Below, piece by piece: positions 48,338-57,100 of a stretch of 64,000 bases of DNA. The position numbers and the translations under genes were made by a program. The DNA is from Spirochaetales bacterium (lineage in GTDB: Bacteria; Spirochaetota; Spirochaetia; JABEVK01), in the NCBI GenBank assembly GCA_037142615.1, contig JBAXAI010000005.1, positions 32,001 through 96,000 of the forward strand, read 5' to 3'. A model generated the notes under the pieces. The model was not told the origin of the DNA. It saw only the letters and a program-made list of their open reading frames with translations, and searched no databases. Each line of letters starts with the position of its first letter. Positions within the stretch are counted from its first letter, which is position 1.

Positions 48338-48780
48338 CCTCGACGAATCGGCAAATCACGAATGGGCAATGCGTGGAGTTTTCGCGTGGTGATACCTCGG
48401 GCTTCACCGATGGCTTCGCCCTCACGGAAACCCTCGCCCTTGTAGCTCGCGATATCGTGGAGGACCATCGAACGGCGGATCTCGCTATAAACTTCAGGTG
48501 CAATCCTCATGTAGGCCTCCATCCGTTGGTGAGCGGCGACGCCGCTCTGCGGCTTACGCCCTCAGGTTTCGGGCACGCCCAAAAACTGGGCACCCCGCTT
48601 TGTCGAGCGAAGGAGCTTGGGCAATTCGCGGGGCTGAAGCTGCGGTTTGTGGACTAGTGGCAGGCCCTCGGGTTCACCGAAGACGTGCAGAAAGACAGAA
48701 CCGAGGGAATCATGACCGGGGGGACGCAACGCCTACGCACGACACCTTCGTTTTACGCCTGAAGTCACCCGGTGGAATCA
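48338..48780 (-). pseudogene. abridged duplicate of the Rpn locus at 45407-46348, including both flanks
   Basis: Shares the 3' flank (GGGCAATGCGTGGAGTTTTCGCGTGG), the 5' flank (GGGGGACGCAACGC..TACGCACGACACCTTCG), VF.HVFGEPEGLP and MEAYM.IAPEVY.EIRRSM.LHDIASYKGEGFREGEA, with large deletions. Confidence 0.9.
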
Positions 48781-48972
48781 TTCCGGTGGCGGTTTCAGAT
48801 GACTTCGGACCAGCTCGTTAAGCAACTGCGAGGGGTCCTTTCCGGCCCTTTGGGCTTGTTGCTGCAAAAGAGCCGCGAGATCGGCTTCGAGGAAAACAGC
48901 CAGTCGATTTTCCGAGCGAGGATAGTACCTCTTGCCGACGACACCCTTGGTGAAATCATAGTGACTCTTCAT
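48778..48972 (-). CDS. BrnA/CopG-like antitoxin
   Basis: MKSHYDFTKG N-terminus; overlaps the toxin 3' end. Confidence 0.75.
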   Translation of the reverse strand: MKSHYDFTKGVVGKRYYPRSENRLAVFLEADLAALLQQQAQRAGKDPSQLLNELVRSHLKPPPE

Positions 48973-49264
48973 ACCGACTCCTCGTACTGAAGTATACCAC
49001 CTGTTCGCGGCGGTTAGCGCGGCGGGCAGAGATGATTCGCGTCTTTTCCCCTTCGAACGTCATTCGCAGGGTGTGGACGACCACAAGAACCGGCGAAATC
49101 CCCGAAAGCCCGAGAGAGGCCTCTCGCTCCTCTTCGGACGAGTGTTTGTCGTCGGAAACGGTGATGACAAACGGATCCTCGAAGACACATTCTGCCTGTT
49201 GGAAGGTTACTTTGTGTTTCCGATAGTTTTGAGCAGCCTTCGCATCGTCCCACTCGAATAGCAT
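48956..49264 (-). CDS. BrnT-family toxin
   Basis: FEWDDAKAAQNYRKHKVTF, EERE, LVVVHT and RIISARRA motifs. Confidence 0.9.
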   Translation of the reverse strand: MLFEWDDAKAAQNYRKHKVTFQQAECVFEDPFVITVSDDKHSSEEEREASLGLSGISPVLVVVHTLRMTFEGEKTRIISARRANRREQVVYFSTRSRYEESL

Positions 49265-49369
49265 CGCTCCCGTCCTCCAAGCAAAGAGACGGGGTATTTG
49301 GTGGTCTTGCTTCAGTAAAGCCGGAGTTTTTTCGGAATTTGGTGTCTCCGCTTGGAGGCAATAAAGCCA

Positions 49370-49773
49370 GAAGCTGGTGGCAGGGAAACAGCCCTCCGGT
49401 GCAACGGTTAGGTCTGCCCGAACAGGATTGTTGTCAACATACGTGAAAACCCGCAAAAATTCGCGAAGGTTGGGAATAATCCAGGAGAAATACCGTCCAC
49501 CCCAAAAATGGCCCCAAAGACCGTTGGTTTTGTTGTAGCGGATAGCGAACGTCTGCAGAATCCATTTCATGATAGTGGCAAGCGTCGATGCCCGTCCCGG
49601 CCGGATGATCAGGTGAAAGTGGTTGCCCGGCGTAAAACGAACTTTTCGTGGGCTCTGGCGAGCACATCGAGGAACATCTGCTTCACCACGTGTTCCAACA
49701 GGAGTTTTTGGTGGTTGGCACGCGCGGTCACGTGGTGCTTCGCGCCATCATGGACGATTCGGGCTCTTCTCAT
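49370..49773 (-). pseudogene. REP-associated tyrosine transposase (RAYT, Y1 HUH), frameshifted
   Basis: MRRARIVHDGAKHHVTARAN /frameshift near 49630/ NHFHLII...MKWILQTFAIRYNK..GHFWGGRYFS...YVDNNPVRA. 3' end is approximate. Confidence 0.85.
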
Positions 49774-49839
49774 ACCGTACATAACGTGGTGTCTGGGCGT
49801 TCTGCTTCTCATCGGAGGTCTGTCCCCCGGTGGATTCAC

Positions 49840-49923
49840 GTGTTCACCCGATTCCCGCTCTCCAGGCCGGCTTGCCCCGCCTGGGCGGGGCCGCAGGCCT
49901 TCCGGCGGGCCTCGGGTGAACAC
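49840..49923. repeat. 84-nt imperfect stem-loop
   Basis: GTGTTCACCCGA(49840)/TCGGGTGAACAC(49912) outer stem; GCCCCGC-ctgg-GCGGGGC inner hairpin (49874-49891). Confidence 0.85.
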
Positions 49924-49938
49924 TCGAAAGACAGGTGA

Positions 49939-52386
49939 TCAGGGACGAACAACCCGAAAGCCGAAGTCGTTGCTCCGGGCGTACGGGTAGTAGTTGTTCC
50001 GGTAGGACACGGTCGCGCTGGACGCATTGTAGCCCCAACTGCCGCCGCGTAACACGCGGTTCGAGCCCGAGGCCGCTCCCGTCGGGTCGGTCTGCGCACC
50101 GCTGGGGTAGGTGCCGTACCAGTCGTAGCACCATTCCCAGACGTTGCCGCTCAGGTCGTAGATTCCCAGCTCGTTGGCGGTCTTGGTGCCCACAGTCTGG
50201 GTGCCGGTGCTGCTGTTCTCGTAGGTCCAGGCTACCGTGGTGGAAGTGCTGCTCCCCGCGTAGGTGTAGCCGTGGGTGCTGTTGCCGCCCCGGGCGGCGA
50301 ACTCCCACTCGGCCTCGGTGGGCAAGCGGTAGCCGTTGTTGGCCCGGTTCATGGTCACCGTGGCACTGGTGATGGGGTAGCCGCTCGCCGGGCTCCGGCT
50401 TGTGATGGTGTAAACGGGGGTCAGACCCTCACGCGTGCTGAGCTTGTTGCAGAACTCGACCGCGTCGAACCAGGTGACTTGTTCCACCGGCCGGCTGGTG
50501 TTGCCGGTGAAGCCACTCGGGCTGCTGGTGGTCACCGTGGTGTATTGGGCTTGCGTGATCTCGTAGGCGCTCATGTGGAAGGTGCTTACCGTGACGTTGC
50601 CGGTGCCGTTGCTGAAGGTGCCGCCGGCTACGGCTTTGAGGGTGCCGATGGTGGCCGAGGTGAGGTCCGCCAGTGGAGTACTAACCACCGTCACGCCCGC
50701 GCTCTTGTTGCCGGCGTTGTCCATACTCTTCACGGTGAACGTGTAGCTGGTGCCGTTGGAGAGGCCGGTAATCACTTGGCTGGTGGCCGTCTTGGCCTCG
50801 GTGATTGGCTGGGCCGGGCTGCCGCCGGTGGGCGTCCAGCTGACTTGCACCCCGGCGAAGTCGGCATCGGTGGGGTTGGTCCAGTTGAGCGTGACCTGCG
50901 TGTTGCCGGCGGTTGCGGTGAGGGCCGAGGCGTTGGCCGGGGGTGTGGTGTCGATGGCCGGAAGGCTGAGGATGGGGATGGCTCGTGAAATGAGGTACCT
51001 CGGTGCTCCACCGTCCAACTCGGCCGAGTAGGATCCGCTTCCGTGATACAGGCTTGATGCGACAGCATACTGGCTCGTGGGCCAATTTGATCCCAAGGTA
51101 CCGCTTTCGAAGTCCTCCGAAAAGAGGGTATTGCCAGCTGAAGAAACGACTACGTCATCGACAAAGTAGTTGTCGCAACTGCTACCTGAGTTCGAGGAGT
51201 TCGAGAACTGAAGGGCGAAGCCAGAGTGAAAAGCGTCCGGGTACACGGAAGAATCAAGGGTGTAGGCGTAGGTCGCACCGGTCTGGATGCTTCCATTGCC
51301 CTGAAGGACAAGTCCCAAGCTATGCCAGTTGGAGTCCGACCCCAAGTACAACAACTCGAGATCCTCACCTGAGTCGGGAGTCTCTGGCCCCCCCTGCGCC
51401 CAGAACGAAACCGTAAGGGTCCTGTTTGCCGCGACAAGGCTGACACCGGGGCTCTGATTACCCGCCGAGTCAACGCTTTTGACGGTGAAGGTGTAAGTGG
51501 TCCCCGAGGCAAGCCCAGTGATCACTTGGCTGGTGGCCGTCTTTGCCACGGTGATCGGCTGCGCAGGGTTGCCGCCGGTGGGAGTCCAGCTGATCAGCAC
51601 CCCGGCAAAGTCGGCATCCGTGGGGTTTGTCCAGTTCAAGGTGATCTGACGCGAGCCGCCAGTTGCGGTCACTTGGATTGGATCGGCCGGAGCGGTCGTG
51701 TCCGCGGGCGTAGCACTTGCTTCGGCGCTCAGCACCGAGGTGCCGCCAGCGTTCTTGGCCACCACGGCCACGTAGTACGCAGTGCCATCGGTGAGCCCGG
51801 TCAGGGTGTACGGGCTTGTCACGGGAGAGATTGTGGTGGACGCTGCCGTCACAGGCGAGGTAGCCGACCAGTACAGGTCGTAGCTAGTGGCCCCAGTGGC
51901 GGCGGTCCAGGTAACGGTGAGCGCCCCACCCGTGGCCACTACAGTGGCCCCAACACCCTTCGGAGCTTGCGGCGGCAGGGTCACCTTTTGGGCAGCCGTC
52001 CAGTCGGACCACTTGCCAGCCAGCTTGACGCGCGAGCGGTACCAGCGGTCGGCACCGTCGGAATTGGCCAGGTCAATCGCCAAGGTCGAGGTTGCCTGCG
52101 TCGCATCGGTTTCCAGGACGAAAAAACCACTGCCGACGGACACCTGAAAACCGTAGCTTTCGGCACCAATCACTTTGGTGGCTTTAAGGGTCAGCTTTCC
52201 CGTGGCAACCACCGGATCGACCAGCTTGAACTCGGCCGCCGTCGCGACGGTGGGCAGGCCTTCGTACACCGGGCTCAGGTCGTCGACAGGGTTGCTCATC
52301 GGCCCCCACATGTTGCTGCAACTTGTAGCCAGTAACGACAAAGTCGCCACAAGCAGAATTGCGGAGCCAGAGGTGCGAAGCTTCAT
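49939..52386 (-). CDS. lipoprotein with FN3 repeats and C-terminal FGE-sulfatase (C-type lectin fold) domain
   Basis: Lipobox LATSC; three FN3-like units; YRLPTEAEWEFAARGG, DLSGNVWEWC and RVLRGGSW...FGFRVVR motifs. Confidence 0.92.
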   Translation of the reverse strand: MKLRTSGSAILLVATLSLLATSCSNMWGPMSNPVDDLSPVYEGLPTVATAAEFKLVDPVVATGKLTLKATKVIGAESYGFQVSVGSGFFVLETDATQATSTLAIDLANSDGADRWYRSRVKLAGKWSDWTAAQKVTLPPQAPKGVGATVVATGGALTVTWTAATGATSYDLYWSATSPVTAASTTISPVTSPYTLTGLTDGTAYYVAVVAKNAGGTSVLSAEASATPADTTAPADPIQVTATGGSRQITLNWTNPTDADFAGVLISWTPTGGNPAQPITVAKTATSQVITGLASGTTYTFTVKSVDSAGNQSPGVSLVAANRTLTVSFWAQGGPETPDSGEDLELLYLGSDSNWHSLGLVLQGNGSIQTGATYAYTLDSSVYPDAFHSGFALQFSNSSNSGSSCDNYFVDDVVVSSAGNTLFSEDFESGTLGSNWPTSQYAVASSLYHGSGSYSAELDGGAPRYLISRAIPILSLPAIDTTPPANASALTATAGNTQVTLNWTNPTDADFAGVQVSWTPTGGSPAQPITEAKTATSQVITGLSNGTSYTFTVKSMDNAGNKSAGVTVVSTPLADLTSATIGTLKAVAGGTFSNGTGNVTVSTFHMSAYEITQAQYTTVTTSSPSGFTGNTSRPVEQVTWFDAVEFCNKLSTREGLTPVYTITSRSPASGYPITSATVTMNRANNGYRLPTEAEWEFAARGGNSTHGYTYAGSSTSTTVAWTYENSSTGTQTVGTKTANELGIYDLSGNVWEWCYDWYGTYPSGAQTDPTGAASGSNRVLRGGSWGYNASSATVSYRNNYYPYARSNDFGFRVVRP

Positions 52387-54791
52387 TTCGACGCCTCGAG
52401 CTTGGTGACCAGAAGCCCCAGCGTGCGGATCCGCTGATCGGTGACGGGGTCGAGCGCAAGGTACCAGGTGACCGCTGTAGTGCCAAGCAAAGTGATCCCG
52501 GCCGCCAGCAACCCGTTGTACAAGCCTTGTTGCCCCTGCATCTGCACGTTGAGGCTGTGGGCGGTGGCCGTGTCGGGCGCGGCGAGGTATTGCAAGTAAG
52601 TGGCTGAGCCCGCAGTGTAAGCCCACGTGGCCCCGCTGACGCTGGCTAGGCCCAAGCCGCCGGTGATCCAACTGCTGATCCCCAAGTTGGTTTTGAGTTG
52701 GGCGCCTGCGACCAACTTCGCTTTGCGGTCGCGAGCCTGCTGAGTGATCGAGTCGGGCACGGCTTGCCGTAGATCGATCACAGGGGAAGTTCGCATCAAA
52801 CTGGCTGGAACCAACGAAACCAGACCGAAATCTTCTCCCCGGTACGTCGCCACGAGGCTTGGCGGGTTCTGCCGTGGAACCAGCGCCGTCAACCTCGAGG
52901 CACCGTTCGACAGCACCAGTTCGCTGGGCAGCTCAGGAAGCAGCAGGCGCACGTTGTCTTGCCCGAAGAGTGGACGTTCCGGATCAAGGAGTCCCACTTT
53001 TTGCGCCCAGCCTTGACTTTGGAAAGCGGCCGCGACCGAGCCAATTGACAATTCGAGGAGGCTGGCCCGAGTAGTCAAATTGCGCACGCCGTACCTGTTC
53101 ATCACAATCCGGTGCCAGCTCCCAGCTTGGTACTGCACGCGATACTCAAACCACGCCGAGAAGCTCTTGCTCTGGATGGCGGCCGCCAGCGAAGTGTAGT
53201 CGCGGGCCAGATTGCGCCCTGCCAGATTGACCGCGCCGCTGTCGCTCCACTCGAGGCCGGGAATCTTGCTGGTGATGGTCCACGGCCAGTCCTTGGTTTC
53301 GTCGTTGAACTCGCCCCACTTGAGTTCGACCTGCGAACCCTCTTCGCGCCACGTTTTGACCGCCAACTGCCCATTCAAGTCGGCACGCCGGGCCGAAACT
53401 TGCGCCAACTGAACGCGACGGGTGCCCTCGAGCCCCGTCAAGGCGCTCCGGACTTCCTGGTCGCGTTGGCTCTCGAAGCTGGTTTGCTCGATCAGCACCC
53501 GGGCGTTGAACTCACCCTTCGACTCCCACGGTTCCTTCTTGAGCAGGCTGAGCGTGCCAATCTGCACCTGCCACGTTTTGCCGATCTGGGCCCTCACGTC
53601 GGCGATGCTCTGGTCGAACTGCGCATTGATCGATCGTTCAAGGGGAACCAGGGCATCGAGCGCCGTCACCAAGGCGTCCGGGCTGTCCTGAGCCCCGCTC
53701 TTTTGCAGGTCTTCCAGCTCGCGGCGCATGGCGTCGGCTTTGGCACCCATGGCCGTCTGTTGCTTGAGCGCGTCTTGGGCCGAGGCCTCGCGGGCGGCCT
53801 GCAACCGCTGGGCCTGCAGCACGGCCAACTGCCGGTTCTGTTCCTCTTTCACCAGGTTCTCGGCGATCAGCTGTTTTTGGGCCAGCAGGGCTTCTTGCGC
53901 CTGCAGTTCGAGCTCCTTGGTCTTGCGCTCGGTGTCGTTTTTCACGCTGGCCAAGGTCGCGCGGGCTTTGTCGAGCTGGGCGGCCAGCAGGTCAGCTTCG
54001 GCATTGGCAGCGTCGGCAGCGGCTTTGGCCTTGCTGGCGGCGGTGGCCACGTCGTTGAGCACAAACGCCCGGGTCAGCCCGTCATCGACCCTGGGGCGCT
54101 GCACCCCGTTCGAAATGCGCACCACGTCGGCCTTCACCAAGGTCATCGCCTCGGTGATGGGCACGCCGTCCTGCGCCAGGTTCTTGAGCAGCGCCTGGGT
54201 GAACACGCCGTTGCGGCCATCGCCGTCGCTGGCCGTCTCGCCGGGGGCAGTCGCGTAGGCGATGAGAGTTTCCATGTCTTTGGGAGGAGCGACCGTGGCC
54301 AAACCGCGCGTAGCCGAACGGCTGGCCCCAGTGAAGGGGTTGTCGCGGCAGGCGTCGAGGAACAGCAGACAGGTTCCTGCTCCTGCGGTCTTGAACGAGT
54401 CGAGCACCTCGGCAACGCTCACCGACTTGCTCCGGATCTGCGGCTCGCTGGTGATGGCCTCTTTGACGGGAATCAGGTAGTTCTCGTTGGCCACCTGCAC
54501 GGCGTGCCCGGCGTAGAAAAACACCACCGTGTCGCCCCGGGCAACCTTCTTGCTGAAGCTCTGAAGTCCCGCCTCGAAGCCGGCGTAGTCTTGGTCGTGC
54601 AGCTCGGTGACCTTGAAGCCGTTGCCCGCCAGCAGCTTGCCCATGTCGGCCGCATCGTTGGCCGGATTGACCAGCGTCGTGATGCTCCCGCCATACACCG
54701 AGTTGCCCACCACCAGGGCCAACCGGGCTTCGGCAACGGCCCCAAACGACACAAACACCACCACCACAACCGCAAGAACACCACGCATCAA
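52383..54791 (-). CDS. secreted caspase-family (peptidase C14) domain protein with coiled coil
   Basis: RLALVVGNS.Y, FFYAGHA, LDACRDNP and IAYATAPG motifs; ATGA overlap with the lipoprotein. Confidence 0.9.
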   Translation of the reverse strand: MMRGVLAVVVVVFVSFGAVAEARLALVVGNSVYGGSITTLVNPANDAADMGKLLAGNGFKVTELHDQDYAGFEAGLQSFSKKVARGDTVVFFYAGHAVQVANENYLIPVKEAITSEPQIRSKSVSVAEVLDSFKTAGAGTCLLFLDACRDNPFTGASRSATRGLATVAPPKDMETLIAYATAPGETASDGDGRNGVFTQALLKNLAQDGVPITEAMTLVKADVVRISNGVQRPRVDDGLTRAFVLNDVATAASKAKAAADAANAEADLLAAQLDKARATLASVKNDTERKTKELELQAQEALLAQKQLIAENLVKEEQNRQLAVLQAQRLQAAREASAQDALKQQTAMGAKADAMRRELEDLQKSGAQDSPDALVTALDALVPLERSINAQFDQSIADVRAQIGKTWQVQIGTLSLLKKEPWESKGEFNARVLIEQTSFESQRDQEVRSALTGLEGTRRVQLAQVSARRADLNGQLAVKTWREEGSQVELKWGEFNDETKDWPWTITSKIPGLEWSDSGAVNLAGRNLARDYTSLAAAIQSKSFSAWFEYRVQYQAGSWHRIVMNRYGVRNLTTRASLLELSIGSVAAAFQSQGWAQKVGLLDPERPLFGQDNVRLLLPELPSELVLSNGASRLTALVPRQNPPSLVATYRGEDFGLVSLVPASLMRTSPVIDLRQAVPDSITQQARDRKAKLVAGAQLKTNLGISSWITGGLGLASVSGATWAYTAGSATYLQYLAAPDTATAHSLNVQMQGQQGLYNGLLAAGITLLGTTAVTWYLALDPVTDQRIRTLGLLVTKLEASK

Positions 54792-54889
54792 CGGCCTCCA
54801 CCCAAGTCCATAGGTAGAAACCTTCTACCCCGAAATGGATCGGAAGTCTACTGACCACGAAGTAGCCACCTTCGTGGGCGCGGGTTAGG

Positions 54890-55852
<963 letters not shown>

Positions 55853-55993
55853 ACGTCGAGGGTAATTCTTGGGGCTTTGGGGGTCAAGTGGGATCTTTGG
55901 CATGGCACACTCCTACCCTGCTTAACAGGGAATAGGTGCGTTCTGCTTGCGCCAGAGGCTTGGGGAGGGCGGTTTTCTTCCGATAATCAGCCT

Positions 55994-56554
55994 ATGAAGA
56001 AATGTGTCACTCTGTTGTCCGTCTGCTCCCTCGTTCTGGTTCTCGCCCCTCTCACCGCCCAAGCCCTCAACATGGGCGTCGGCTCCAATTTTCTGGGCTA
56101 CCAAAAGGCCAACCTCGAAGTGGGGCTTGGACTGAACAGCGAGCTGAGTCCCAACGATCTCGAGCTGGAGCTCGGGGCCGCCGTGGCCATCGACCTCGAC
56201 CGAAGTTCGGGCACCTTGGTACCGAAGTTTCTGGTGCCCGCCCACTTGGGTTTCAACTTTCTGTACCCGCTCAGTGAGGCAAAGAGCGCCAAACCGGCAA
56301 CCCTGTACGGCTTCACCTACTTTTTCGGGCTGGGTGCCGCGCCGCAGGTGAGCTTTGGGCTGAACTTCAGCGACCCGCAGTACTACGGCGGGCCGTACTT
56401 TCAGACGGGCTTCCGGTTCAAGGCACACAACTACATGACGATTCAGGTGCAGGCCGAGCAGGAACTTCTGTTTGGCGGACCAGACTGGATCAGCACCAAC
56501 ACCCGGGCAGGCGTGAGCATTTTGCTCAGTTGGCCGCCGGTCCCCAAAAAGTAG
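55994..56554 (+). CDS. hypothetical secreted/outer-membrane beta-strand-rich protein
   Basis: Signal peptide from MKKCVTLL; alternating beta-strand pattern. Confidence 0.7.
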   Translation: MKKCVTLLSVCSLVLVLAPLTAQALNMGVGSNFLGYQKANLEVGLGLNSELSPNDLELELGAAVAIDLDRSSGTLVPKFLVPAHLGFNFLYPLSEAKSAKPATLYGFTYFFGLGAAPQVSFGLNFSDPQYYGGPYFQTGFRFKAHNYMTIQVQAEQELLFGGPDWISTNTRAGVSILLSWPPVPKK

Positions 56555-57100
56555 TCACCACTCGGCGACGAACTCCTCGCGGAGCACTCCCCAGTACACG
56601 AGGTCGAGCGGCACATCCCACTTGGTGATGTGCTGACGCAGTACCCCTTCGCGTTGCATGCCAAGCTTGGCCATCACGCGGCCCGAGGCCGGATTGCTGT
56701 CAAAGTGGGCTGCGAAAATGCGTCGTAGCGGGAGTTTGGCAAAGCCTTCGGCCATCAGCGCGCGCGAGGCCTCGGTCATGAAGCCGTGGCCCCAGTGAAG
56801 AAACCCCAGCCAGTAGCCGAGCTCGGCCACCTGGTGCTGAACGTTGACCACCAGGCCGCAGGCGCCCATCAGGTCGCCGGTCACGCGGTCGCAAACGGCG
56901 TACACAAACTGCTTCCCCGCGGCACGGTCGCCCTCGTGCGTAGCAATCCAGGTTTCGGCCATGCCTTCCTCGTACGGGTATGGCACGTGCAGGGTGGTTC
57001 GCGCCACGGTGATGTGCCCGGCCAAGTCACGCACACGGGGCGCATCCGTGGGCGCAAAATGCCGCAGCGTGAGCCGCTCCGTGGTCAGAACCTCGTTCAC
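56555..57100 (-). CDS. GNAT N-acetyltransferase (RimJ/RimL-like)
   Basis: TERLTLR, AELGYW, WGHGFMTEA and NPASGRVMAKLGM motifs. Confidence 0.9.
   Translation of the reverse strand: MNEVLTTERLTLRHFAPTDAPRVRDLAGHITVARTTLHVPYPYEEGMAETWIATHEGDRAAGKQFVYAVCDRVTGDLMGACGLVVNVQHQVAELGYWLGFLHWGHGFMTEASRALMAEGFAKLPLRRIFAAHFDSNPASGRVMAKLGMQREGVLRQHITKWDVPLDLVYWGVLREEFVAEW

Noticed and set aside
48956-49570. Apparent RAYT-BrnT fusion ORF (204 aa)
   Set aside because: BrnT has its own SD-like GGGAG and ATG at 49264. The fusion is best explained as read-through from the broken RAYT.
50417-50430. GGGGTCAGACCC as another copy of the RAYT-adjacent motif
   Set aside because: It encodes EGLTP, common in FGE domains, so protein constraint explains it.
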